Origin: a bacterium
GTDB lineage: Bacteria > DUMJ01
DNA length: 15,356 bases
Direction of reading: 5' to 3'
NCBI GenBank assembly: GCA_049970495.1
Contig: JBMFMV010000045.1
Location: forward strand, 1 to 15,356
The notes under the pieces: model-generated
What the model was told of the DNA's origin: nothing
The model's input: only the letters and a program-made list of their open reading frames with translations
Databases searched by the model: none
Made by a program: the position numbers and the translations under genes
Part shown: in pieces, positions 1 to 8,135 of the stretch
How the letters are laid out: each line of letters opens with the position of its first letter
Position numbering within the stretch: the stretch's first letter is position 1

Positions 1-186
1 GGGGGAGAGGTGCAGGGGGTAGATAAGTGGGGTAAGAGGAGGTTGGCATACCCTATAAAGAGATTTTACGATGGATATTATGTCGTGATGAATTTTAAGG
101 GTAATAATGATCTTCTTAAAGAGTTAGATAGAATAGCAAAGATTACTGAAGAGAGTTTAAGACATATGATAGTGCGGAGAGATTAA
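1..186 (+). CDS. rpsF: 30S ribosomal protein S6, 3' part (5' end outside the window)
   Basis: Frame 1 translates GGEVQGVDKWGKRRLAYPIKRFYDGYYVVMNF...ELDRIAKITEESLRHMIVRRD* (TAA 184-186). WGxRxLAYPI is the S6 signature; lies directly upstream of ssb-rpsR. Not in the supplied ORF track. Confidence 0.96.
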   Translation, partial: GGEVQGVDKWGKRRLAYPIKRFYDGYYVVMNFKGNNDLLKELDRIAKITEESLRHMIVRRD

Positions 187-188
187 CT

Positions 189-611
189 ATGAATTATGTT
201 ATATTGACTGGCAGATTGACAGCAGATCCTATATTACGTTATACCCCAGCTGGAGTTCCTGTATTAGGTTTTACCTTGGCTGTAGATAGAAGGTCTAAAA
301 CTCCAGAGGGGGAAAGGGAGACAGATTTTATAGATATAGTTGTGTGGAGAAAGCAGGCAGAGATATGCGCTAACTATCTCAAGAAGGGTAGATTAGTGGG
401 CGTTGAGGGTAGATTAGAGATAAGTAAATTTCAAGGAGCTGACGGACAGATACATAGAAAACCAAGAATAATAGCTTATCGTGTTGAATTCCTAGATAGT
501 AAACCTAGAGAAGAGATAGAGACCCCTGAAGAGATACCATCTTTTGATGAAGATGCCTTTGTAGATGACATTTCTCAGAAGATTGATATAGATCTAGGAG
601 GGGAAGTTTAA
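189..611 (+). CDS. ssb: Single-stranded DNA-binding protein
   Basis: MNYVILTGRLTADP..RYTP.G, FTLAVDR, TDFI.IVVWRKQAE, YLKKGRLVGVEGRL OB-fold motifs; acidic tail; rpsF-ssb-rpsR order. Confidence 0.97.
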   Translation: MNYVILTGRLTADPILRYTPAGVPVLGFTLAVDRRSKTPEGERETDFIDIVVWRKQAEICANYLKKGRLVGVEGRLEISKFQGADGQIHRKPRIIAYRVEFLDSKPREEIETPEEIPSFDEDAFVDDISQKIDIDLGGEV

Positions 612-613
612 AC

Positions 614-675
614 TATCGCCTAGGGTGAAGGCGAATACCAAATATTCACCTACCCTCTAGTAGGGTTCCAAGGAG
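614..675 (+). promoter_or_regulatory. Structured ssb-rpsR intergenic element (hairpin/possible pseudoknot plus second hairpin) ending in the rpsR Shine-Dalgarno
   Basis: TCGCCT 616-621 pairs with AGGCGA 629-634; loop GGGTGA 623-628 is complementary to TCACCT 646-651 (one G-U); ACCCT 652-656 pairs with AGGGT 662-666; AAGGAG 670-675 precedes ATG 680. Function inferred. Confidence 0.4.
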
Positions 676-679
676 AGAT

Positions 680-928
680 ATGGCTCAGGATAAAAAAAGA
701 GAGGGAGTAAGGCGCTTTAGAGCTCAGAAGAAAAAAGTTTGTGCATTCTGTACAGAGAAGATTGTTATAGACTATAAAGACATTGATAGGTTAAGACATT
801 TCATATCAGATAGAGGAAAGATACTTCCTAGAAGAACTACTGGTACCTGTGCTAGACATCAGAGGAAGTTGGCAAAAGCTATTAAAAGAGCTAGAATAAT
901 GGCGCTTCTGCCATTTACAAGTGACTAA
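680..928 (+). CDS. rpsR: 30S ribosomal protein S18 (zinc-binding C+ type)
   Basis: CAFC...IDYKD...[37 protein letters not shown]; CxxC plus CxxH ligands present. Confidence 0.98.
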   Translation: MAQDKKREGVRRFRAQKKKVCAFCTEKIVIDYKDIDRLRHFISDRGKILPRRTTGTCARHQRKLAKAIKRARIMALLPFTSD

Positions 929-930
929 CT

Positions 931-1374
931 ATGGAAGTAATACTATTAAAAGATGTACCTGGTTTGGGTAGGTCTGGAGAAATAAAAGAGGTCCCAGAAG
1001 GTTATGCTAGAAATTATCTGATTCCCAAAGGTTTTGCTGTCAAATCTACTAAAGGAAGAATAAAGGATATAGAGCTTCGTAAGAGTGCTGTAGAGACAAA
1101 AGAGGCGAGAGAAAGAGAATCCTCTATGAGATTAGCAGAGAGGTTAAAAGGAGTTTCTCTATCATTTAAAGTAAAAGTCGGAGAAGAAAATAAACTTTTT
1201 GGTTCCATCACCTCTGGAGATATTGCAGAAGAGCTGAGCAAAAAGGGTTATAATATAGATAAGCATCAGATAGTTATAAAAGAACCGATAAAATATCTAG
1301 GGACCTATGAGGTTACAGTAAAGTTGGGGTTTGGTATAAGTGTTCCAATTAATGTAATAGTGGAGAAAGAATAG
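931..1374 (+). CDS. rplI: 50S ribosomal protein L9
   Basis: MEVILLKDVPGLGRSGEIKEVPEGYARNYLIPKG N-terminal signature; KLFGSIT..DIA C-terminal domain. Confidence 0.98.
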   Translation: MEVILLKDVPGLGRSGEIKEVPEGYARNYLIPKGFAVKSTKGRIKDIELRKSAVETKEARERESSMRLAERLKGVSLSFKVKVGEENKLFGSITSGDIAEELSKKGYNIDKHQIVIKEPIKYLGTYEVTVKLGFGISVPINVIVEKE

Positions 1375-1380
1375 TAGATT

Positions 1381-2727
1381 ATGGGAATTGAAGAGGTTAT
1401 AAGGGCAAAGGTTCCTCCGCATAACCTGGAGGCTGAAGAATCAGTTTTAGGAGCAATGCTCCTATCTAGAGATGCTATTGCTCAAGTAATAGAGATACTT
1501 GACTCTAGAAGCTTTTATCGAAAGGCACATAGGGATATCTATGAAGCTATTATAGAGCTTTTTGAAAGTGGGGAGCCAGTTGATATTATAAGTGTCTCCG
1601 ATCTTCTTTCTAAGAAGGGACTATTGGACTCTGTTGGGGGATATACTTATCTTTCTAGTCTTTTAAATAAGATTCCTACCCCATCTAATGCTGCTTATCA
1701 TGCCAAGATAATCCAAGAGAAGGCAATCCTAAGGGAACTTATAGAAGCTGGGATAAAGATAAAGGAGCTTGCAGAGGAAGAAAATGATGAAGTTCCAGTC
1801 ATTATGGATAAGGCAGAGCAACTCATCTTTGCGGTAACTCAGCGTAAGGTCTTCCAATATTTCATTCCTCTAAAAGAGGAGCTGTTTAATGTATTTGAAC
1901 TGATAGAGGTCAGGTCAAGGAAACATAGTTATTTAAGCGGTATCCCTACAGGATTTGAAGAGTTTGATAAGCTTACAGGAGGTCTTCAATACTCTGACTT
2001 TATAGTTATTGCCGGACGTCCCTCGATGGGAAAAACTGCCTTTTGTCTAAATATAGCTCATCATGTAGGTGTTAATCTCAAGTTACCAGTTGCACTCTTC
2101 AGTTTAGAGATGTCTTCTGAACAGGTAGCTATGAGAATGCTCTCTGCAGAGGCAGGAATACCTTACTATAAGTTAAGGGTAGGAGACCTCTCAGAAGGGG
2201 AGTGGAGAAGGATAACCACAAGCATAAATACTTTAGCTGAGGCTCCCATATATATAGATGACTCTCCTAATATTAGCGTATTAGAGATGAGAGCTAAGGC
2301 TAGAAGACTTAAGTCTGAAGTTGGTTTATCTTTAATTATAATAGATTATCTTCAGCTTATGAATTCTGGAGCAAAGATGGAGAATAGAGTCCAAGAAATT
2401 TCTAAGATCTCAAGAGATCTAAAGGCTATGGCTAGAGAGTTAAATGTCCCTGTAGTCACACTTTCCCAACTGTCAAGAGCGGTGGAACAGAGACAGGATA
2501 AGAGGCCTCAACTATCTGACCTACGTGAGAGTGGAGCTATAGAACAGGAGGCAGATCTTGTCTTATTCCTATATAGAGAAGAATACTATAACAAAGAAAC
2601 CCCAGAGAAAGGCACATGTGAAGTTATAGTAGCTAAACACAGAAATGGTCCTACAGGAACAATAAAGCTCGGATTTAGTAAAGAGATTATGAAATTTGAA
2701 AACTTACGGGGAGGTCTGATTCAGTAG
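1381..2727 (+). CDS. dnaB: Replicative DNA helicase
   Basis: PPHNLEAEESVLGAML; Walker A GRPSMGKT; FSLEMS; IIIDYLQLM; SQLSR.VEQR.DKRPQLSDLRESGAIEQ; AKHRNGPTG. 448 aa, no intein. Confidence 0.98.
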   Translation: MGIEEVIRAKVPPHNLEAEESVLGAMLLSRDAIAQVIEILDSRSFYRKAHRDIYEAIIELFESGEPVDIISVSDLLSKKGLLDSVGGYTYLSSLLNKIPTPSNAAYHAKIIQEKAILRELIEAGIKIKELAEEENDEVPVIMDKAEQLIFAVTQRKVFQYFIPLKEELFNVFELIEVRSRKHSYLSGIPTGFEEFDKLTGGLQYSDFIVIAGRPSMGKTAFCLNIAHHVGVNLKLPVALFSLEMSSEQVAMRMLSAEAGIPYYKLRVGDLSEGEWRRITTSINTLAEAPIYIDDSPNISVLEMRAKARRLKSEVGLSLIIIDYLQLMNSGAKMENRVQEISKISRDLKAMARELNVPVVTLSQLSRAVEQRQDKRPQLSDLRESGAIEQEADLVLFLYREEYYNKETPEKGTCEVIVAKHRNGPTGTIKLGFSKEIMKFENLRGGLIQ

Positions 2728-2728
2728 T

Positions 2729-3247
2729 ATGAACACTGCGCTCCTTATTATAGATATGCTAAATGATTTTGTCTATCCTAATGGTGTCCTGTATTCACCT
2801 CTTTCTGCTAGAACTATCCCGTATATAAAAGAGAGATTATTATCTAGTAGAGAAAAAGGGTTAAGTATATTCTACATATGTGACTCACATCTAAAGACTG
2901 ATAAAGAATTTGATAAATTTCCACCTCACTGTATTAAGGGAACTTGGGGTGCTCAGATAATAGATGAGTTATCGCCTAAGGATGGAGAAAGGATAATAGA
3001 AAAGAGAAGATATAGTGGCTTTTTGGGCACAGACTTAGATATATCTCTTAAAGAGCTTGGTATTAACGAACTTATTATAACTGGGGTTGTGACTAATATC
3101 TGTATATTATATACATCTTATGATGCAAGGATGCTTGGATATAGGGTAATTATACCTAAAAACTGTGTGGCTTCATTCTCTGAAGAACTACACAAATTTG
3201 CCTTAAATGAGCTGGAGAATACACTAGGTGTAGAGATAATAGATTAA
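2729..3247 (+). CDS. Isochorismatase-family cysteine hydrolase, probable nicotinamidase (PncA-like)
   Basis: ALLIIDMLNDF (catalytic Asp), DSH and PPHC (metal ligands), EKRRYSGF (Lys), GVVTNIC (catalytic Cys). Confidence 0.88.
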   Translation: MNTALLIIDMLNDFVYPNGVLYSPLSARTIPYIKERLLSSREKGLSIFYICDSHLKTDKEFDKFPPHCIKGTWGAQIIDELSPKDGERIIEKRRYSGFLGTDLDISLKELGINELIITGVVTNICILYTSYDARMLGYRVIIPKNCVASFSEELHKFALNELENTLGVEIID

Positions 3248-4011
3248 TGGCAGAATACGATAGGTTTGCATGGCTCTACGACATAGAATACAGAAGTGTA
3301 GTAGAAGATATTTCTTTTTATATAGAGTATTTTAAAGACGTTACTTCTCCTCTACTAGAGCTTGGTTGTGGTACAGGTAGAATACTCTTTCCTTTGGCTT
3401 CCAATGGTCATAGTATTGTAGGGTTGGACATCTCTAGTGAGATGTTAAAGATTGCCAGAAGAAAACTGAGGAAAGAATATCCTTCTCTAAGGAATAGAAT
3501 CGAGTTTGTTAAAGGGGATATGAGAGATTTTAATCTCAAAAAGTCTTTTGGTGGAGTATTGATAGCCTTTAATACTTTTATGCATCTTCTGACGATAGAA
3601 GATCAAGATAAATGCCTCTCTTGTGTCTATAGGCATCTAGAACCAAAGGGTAGACTTATAGTTAGTGTTACTAATATAACTCCAGAATTGATATCTTCTA
3701 AAGATTATTACTTCCACAATTCTCTATTTTTTATCGAGGAATTTGGTGGGTATTTACATAAATACGAGACAAGATTTTTTGATACTGTTCATCAGCTTAT
3801 AAAGCTTAACATATTTTACGATATTATAGATAAGTCTGGTAGTGTTAATAGATACGTTAGGGAGATGCTCCTTAGATACTTCCATAGGTATGAAATGGAG
3901 AGACTATTTATCTCTTGTAGCTTTAAGGTAGAAGCCCTTTATGGAGATTATGATTTTTCATCTTTCAAAGAGAATAGCCCTTATATGATCTGGGTACTGG
4001 AGAAGGGATAA
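3247..4011 (+). CDS. Class I SAM-dependent methyltransferase, substrate unknown
   Basis: LLELGCGTGR motif I, VGLDISSEML motif II, GDMRDF, HLEPKGRLIV; TAATG overlap with the upstream gene. Confidence 0.9.
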   Translation: MAEYDRFAWLYDIEYRSVVEDISFYIEYFKDVTSPLLELGCGTGRILFPLASNGHSIVGLDISSEMLKIARRKLRKEYPSLRNRIEFVKGDMRDFNLKKSFGGVLIAFNTFMHLLTIEDQDKCLSCVYRHLEPKGRLIVSVTNITPELISSKDYYFHNSLFFIEEFGGYLHKYETRFFDTVHQLIKLNIFYDIIDKSGSVNRYVREMLLRYFHRYEMERLFISCSFKVEALYGDYDFSSFKENSPYMIWVLEKG

Positions 4012-4850
4012 TGGAGATCATTCTTGCAAGAGAGTATGGATTCTGTTTTGGTGTAAGAAGGGCAATTGGCCTAGCGGAAGAGGCATTAAAATCTGGTAAA
4101 AAGGCTGTGTCCTTGGGTCCAATAATACATAACCCACTAGAGGTTTCTAGGTTAGAAGGTATGGGTCTTAGAGTGATTGAAGATATTAACGATTTAAGTC
4201 CTGGGGAATCTCTATTGATAAGGTCTCATGGTGTCCCCCTAGAGGTTATAAATGAACTAAAGACGAAGAACATTGATATCATTGATGCTACCTGCCCTTT
4301 AGTTGCTAGAGCTCAACATATGGTAGACTTTCTCTCCTCCAAGGGATATAAAGTCATAATAGTCGGAGAGCAGGGACATCCAGAGGTAAAGGGCCTAGTT
4401 AGTTATGGAAAGACTGAGACTTTTGTTGTCTCTTCCATAGAGGATGTCCCTAACCTGCCTGGTGGGAAAATAGGAATAGTAGGCCAGACGACATTTCCTA
4501 TAGATAAATTCAAAGAGATTGCCAGTGAGGTAATAAGCAGGTCTTGGGAGGTAAGGGTATTTAATACGCTCTGTAATGCTTCTAGAAAGAGACAGATGGC
4601 AGTGGAAGAACTTGTCAATAAAACTGATGTTATAATAGTTATAGGTGGGAAAAATAGTGCTAACACTAGAAGACTGGTTGATATAGCTGAATCCAAAGGG
4701 GCTATCGTGTATCACATAGAATCTTGGGAAGAGGTTTTACCAGAGTGGTTTATAGGTAAAAAGAGGATAGGAATTACTGCAGGTGCATCTACACCAGATT
4801 GGGTTATAGATAAAGTCTTAGAAAAAATTAGAAAGCTATGCTGCCAATAG
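4011..4850 (+). CDS. ispH: 4-hydroxy-3-methylbut-2-enyl diphosphate reductase (LytB)
   Basis: GFCFGVRRA, IIHNP, IRSHGV, DATCPLV, GHPEV.G, QTT, NTLCNAS..RQ, GG.NSANT, GITAGASTP; three Fe-S cysteines. Confidence 0.96.
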   Translation: MEIILAREYGFCFGVRRAIGLAEEALKSGKKAVSLGPIIHNPLEVSRLEGMGLRVIEDINDLSPGESLLIRSHGVPLEVINELKTKNIDIIDATCPLVARAQHMVDFLSSKGYKVIIVGEQGHPEVKGLVSYGKTETFVVSSIEDVPNLPGGKIGIVGQTTFPIDKFKEIASEVISRSWEVRVFNTLCNASRKRQMAVEELVNKTDVIIVIGGKNSANTRRLVDIAESKGAIVYHIESWEEVLPEWFIGKKRIGITAGASTPDWVIDKVLEKIRKLCCQ

Positions 4851-6112
4851 TAGCTATTGTAGGTAAACCTAATGTTGGGAAGTCTACACTTTTTAATAGG
4901 ATTTTAGGAGAAAAAAAGGCGGTAACTAGCCCAGTACCTCATACTACAAGAGATAGGTTGTATGAGGTAGGGTATTGGGGTGGTATTCCTTTTGTTCTTG
5001 TCGATACAGGTGGATTTACTACAAAGGATGAGGACCCGTTTCAGGAAGATATTAATTTAGAGCTGAAAAAGACATTAGAAGAGGCAGATAAGATTCTATT
5101 TGTTGTAGATGCAAAGAGTTCGATAACTAGCGATGACTTAGAACTTGCTCAACTTATAAGAGATTATGGTAAAAAGGTGATTCTTGTAGTAAATAAGGTA
5201 GATAATTTTGACAAAAAAGACTTAATCTTACCAGAATTTTTCTCCCTAGGTTTTACAGATGTGATACCTATCTCTGCCTATCATGGCATCAATGTAGATG
5301 AGTTGTTAGATAAGGTTATTGAATCACTATCTCCTATAGAGAGTGTAGGGGAAAGACCTAACCTATTAAAGGTAATCTTAGTAGGTAATGTAAATGTAGG
5401 GAAGTCTTCTCTCTTTAATAGACTCCTTGGTAAAGATCGATCTATAGTAAAAGAGATAGCAGGAACCACTAGGGACACCATAGAGGAAGAGCTTGATCTA
5501 GGTGGTGAAAGTGTAATACTTATAGATTCGGCTGGGATAAGGAGAAGATGGCGCGAGGGTTCTATAGTGGAAAAAGTAGCAGTATCAAATACGTTAAGGG
5601 CAGTAAATAGGGCAGACCTAGCTATTTTGGTTTTAGACATACAGGAGGGGTTGACCAATTTTGATAAGAGGATTACACAAAGTATATTAGAAATGGAAAA
5701 ACCAATAATAGTGGTATGGAATAAGATAGACTTATTGAAGGAAAAGTTACCGCTTCCTTCAAGTTTTCCGTTAGTTCCTTATGTCCCTGTATGTTATACC
5801 TCTTGTCTTACTGGAAAGGGGATAAAGAAACTTAAAGAGACCATCCTTTCGGTTATAAATGCAGGTAGAAGGGAGCTGAAGAAAAGAGAGTTAGATAGTG
5901 CTTTAGCAGGTTTGTCTTTCCCTGGAGAAGATGGAAAGATGATAAAGGTCTATTATGGGAAGCAGATAGAGCTTTTACCTCCAAAGTTTTTGATCTTTGT
6001 CAATAGTGTCAGGGGGATAAATGAAAGGACATATCGAGAGGTAGAAAAGAGAATAAGGAATATTTATCCTTTTTTGGGAAATCCTATAAGGATAGAGTGG
6101 AGGGAAAGTTGA
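4838..6112 (+). CDS. der: Ribosome biogenesis GTPase Der (EngA)
   Basis: Two tandem G domains (GKPNVGKS/TTRD/DTGG/NKVD and GNVNVGKS/GTTRD/DSAG/NKID) plus C-terminal PP.F..FVN...F.GNPIRI KH-like domain; followed by plsY. Confidence 0.94.
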   Translation: MLPIVAIVGKPNVGKSTLFNRILGEKKAVTSPVPHTTRDRLYEVGYWGGIPFVLVDTGGFTTKDEDPFQEDINLELKKTLEEADKILFVVDAKSSITSDDLELAQLIRDYGKKVILVVNKVDNFDKKDLILPEFFSLGFTDVIPISAYHGINVDELLDKVIESLSPIESVGERPNLLKVILVGNVNVGKSSLFNRLLGKDRSIVKEIAGTTRDTIEEELDLGGESVILIDSAGIRRRWREGSIVEKVAVSNTLRAVNRADLAILVLDIQEGLTNFDKRITQSILEMEKPIIVVWNKIDLLKEKLPLPSSFPLVPYVPVCYTSCLTGKGIKKLKETILSVINAGRRELKKRELDSALAGLSFPGEDGKMIKVYYGKQIELLPPKFLIFVNSVRGINERTYREVEKRIRNIYPFLGNPIRIEWRES

Positions 6113-6702
6113 GAGTAATTTTATTATACATTTTTAGTTTTATCCTTGGCGGTATACCATTTGGGTATCTTATAGGTAAATATGTGTATAACGTAGATAT
6201 AAGGAGCAAAGGTAGTGGTAATATTGGAGCTACCAATGTCATAAGGACTCTGGGGGTTATGCCAGGTTTGGTTGTCTTTACAACAGATATACTAAAGGGT
6301 GCTGTCCCTGTTCTTATAGGTAGGGCTATGGGATTGCCGAGGGAGTTGTTCCTTTTAGCAGGTGCGTTATCCGTTTTAGGTCACTGTTTTTCTCCCTTTT
6401 TGGGATTTAAGGGGGGAAAGGGAGTTAGTTCCACCTACGGGATGATGCTTGCCTTTGATCCAGTTGTAGCAATTCTATCGTTTTTAATTGAGGGATGTTT
6501 TATAGCAATATGGAGTTATGTATCCCTAGGCTCTATAGCTAGCGTTATCTTTATGGTATTTTTGCTTTTAATAAGAGGACATAACTTTTTCTCTATACTT
6601 ATAATGGCACTTGTTGCTATACTTGTTATAATTCGTCATAAGGATAATATAAAAAGGCTCTTAGAGGGAAAAGAGAATAAATTTTCGTTGAAGACGCATT
6701 GA
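6109..6702 (+). CDS. plsY: Glycerol-3-phosphate 1-O-acyltransferase PlsY
   Basis: GGIPFG, DIRSKGSGNIGATNV.R, DILKG, GHCFS.F.GFKGGKGV, RHKDNIKRL..G.E. Start set at TTG 6109 (GGAGG 6099-6103, overlaps der TGA); ORF-track GTG 6097 is the alternative. Confidence 0.95.
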   Translation: MRVILLYIFSFILGGIPFGYLIGKYVYNVDIRSKGSGNIGATNVIRTLGVMPGLVVFTTDILKGAVPVLIGRAMGLPRELFLLAGALSVLGHCFSPFLGFKGGKGVSSTYGMMLAFDPVVAILSFLIEGCFIAIWSYVSLGSIASVIFMVFLLLIRGHNFFSILIMALVAILVIIRHKDNIKRLLEGKENKFSLKTH

Positions 6703-7466
6703 TGATACCTAAAGCCTTAAGGTCTAGGATAAATGCTTTAAAACTTGGCATAGGAGAGGCGCAAGAGAAATATTTCATCGCCGAGGGATACACTGTAGTT
6801 AAAGAGGGAATAAGTGCTGGGTGGTTTCCAAGATGGCTTATAGTGAGCGAAGAAGATGCAGAAAAGTATGCCCCACTTATAGCACAAGTTAATAATAAAT
6901 CAGAGATATACATAGTAAGTGAAAGGGAGATGAAGGAGTTTTCTACTTTAGAAACTCCCCCAGGTGTACTTGGAGTATTTCCAAAAAAAGATGTGACTTT
7001 GTCTAACGGCGATATCTTAGTAATTGTCGATGGGGTTCAGGATCCAGGTAATTTGGGCACTATAATAAGGACCTCTGATGCAGTTGGAGCTAGCGGAGTA
7101 GTTGTTCTGAAAGGGGGTATAGACCCGTATAACTATAAGGTAGTACGGGGAAGCATGGGTTCTATCTTTCATATCCCGGTTGTCAAAGTGGAAGATACTG
7201 AGCAATTCTTTGGTGGAATTATAGATAGATATCTCATTATTGGAACTAGCTCTCATAAAGGGACTTTATACTACAATTTTGAATGGAAGTTTCCCTTAGC
7301 TTTAGTATTTGGTAGTGAAGCAAGAGGTTTATCAAGAGATACTGAAAGGTTTTGTAATGTAACGGTGAGGATTCCGATATTTGGAAAGGCAGAATCTCTC
7401 AACGTGGCAGTGGCTTGTGGGGTTATACTGTATGAAGTAATTAAGAGGATCGTGGTAAAATATTAG
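6702..7466 (+). CDS. TrmH/SpoU-family RNA 2'-O-methyltransferase
   Basis: FIAEG, DGVQDPGNLGTIIRT, VVRGSMGS, LVFGSEARGLS, IP..G.AESLNVAVA. ATG 6702 overlaps the plsY stop (TGATG); TTG 6699 is the alternative. Confidence 0.93.
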   Translation: MIPKALRSRINALKLGIGEAQEKYFIAEGYTVVKEGISAGWFPRWLIVSEEDAEKYAPLIAQVNNKSEIYIVSEREMKEFSTLETPPGVLGVFPKKDVTLSNGDILVIVDGVQDPGNLGTIIRTSDAVGASGVVVLKGGIDPYNYKVVRGSMGSIFHIPVVKVEDTEQFFGGIIDRYLIIGTSSHKGTLYYNFEWKFPLALVFGSEARGLSRDTERFCNVTVRIPIFGKAESLNVAVACGVILYEVIKRIVVKY

Positions 7467-7494
7467 TTATCTCATTTTTATTAAGTAAGGAGGG
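7453..7494 (+). promoter_or_regulatory. Candidate extended -10 promoter and strong RBS for the accessory module
   Basis: TG-G-TAAAAT at 7453-7461 (TGnTATAAT-like), AT-rich spacer, TAAGGAGGG at 7486-7494 before ATG 7502. No convincing -35. Confidence 0.4.
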
Positions 7495-7501
7495 ATTCAA
7501 T

Positions 7502-7732
7502 ATGGCAGTTAAGGTTCGATATATAAGTAGAGGTGCTAAGGATATGCCAGAGCTTTATTCGGTCATACCTAGCAATCATCCATATGTATTTGATAGCCCT
7601 TCTCAAGCTAGACAGAAGGCTAAAGTACTAACTTTAGAGACAGGGGAAAGTTACATAGTAGTAAAACATCTAGGGTATATGGAGGTTCTTCCTGAGATAA
7701 AAAAGAGAGGAAGAAGAAGTGGTAAAAAATAG
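7502..7732 (+). CDS. Hypothetical 76-aa protein with basic C-terminal tail
   Basis: Strong SD, fills the gap between neighbours, stop overlaps the next gene start; no family recognised; ends KKRGRRSGKK. Confidence 0.75.
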   Translation: MAVKVRYISRGAKDMPELYSVIPSNHPYVFDSPSQARQKAKVLTLETGESYIVVKHLGYMEVLPEIKKRGRRSGKK

Positions 7733-8135
7733 ATTCCCATACTGTTTTGCCTGCGGTGAGTCAAATCCTATAGGTCTTCATCTAAAATTTGTCAAAAAAG
7801 ATTCGCTAGTTGAAGCGATATTTTCTCCTAATGATTTCCATCAGGGTTATCCAGACATAGTTCATGGCGGGATAGTAACGACGCTTCTCGATGAGGCAAT
7901 GGCTTATGCTTTAGAGTTTAACGGTTATAGAGGTTTGACTGTTAAGCTCCGTGTAAAATTCTTAAAGCCTTTAAAACCTAAGGATAGGTACAGGATAATA
8001 GGTTATTTAGGAAAGATAAGGAGTAAAGTTGCTAGTGTCTACTCTGAAATTAGAGATGTAGATAATAATATTATGGCTAAGGCGGAGGCATTATTCTTTT
8101 TGGATAATAAGATAGGAGGCGGAAACATTGACTAA
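7719..8135 (+). CDS. PaaI-family (hotdog-fold) thioesterase
   Basis: CFACG.SNPIGLHL.F N-terminus, HQGYPDIVHGGIVTTLLDEAM, T..L.V.FLKP. Confidence 0.88.
   Translation: MVKNRFPYCFACGESNPIGLHLKFVKKDSLVEAIFSPNDFHQGYPDIVHGGIVTTLLDEAMAYALEFNGYRGLTVKLRVKFLKPLKPKDRYRIIGYLGKIRSKVASVYSEIRDVDNNIMAKAEALFFLDNKIGGGNID

Noticed and set aside
625..660. Mini-ORF GTG...TAG ([11 protein letters not shown]) in the ssb-rpsR spacer
   Set aside because: The nearest SD-like GGAGG (597-601) is over 20 nt away and the start lies inside the predicted structure; no evidence of translation.
1014..1241. 75-aa minus-strand ORF
   Set aside because: Antisense shadow within rplI; no recognisable motif.
1381..2727. Possible intein in DnaB
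   Set aside because: Normal length and uninterrupted helicase motifs.
4395..4715. Two minus-strand ORFs (106 and 97 aa)
   Set aside because: Entirely antisense to ispH, with Ser/Ile/Phe-rich shadow composition.
5281..5658. 125-aa minus-strand ORF
   Set aside because: Antisense shadow of der.
6626..7256. Minus-strand ORFs 6626-6913 and 7017-7256
   Set aside because: Antisense to plsY and the TrmH-family gene; no independent support.
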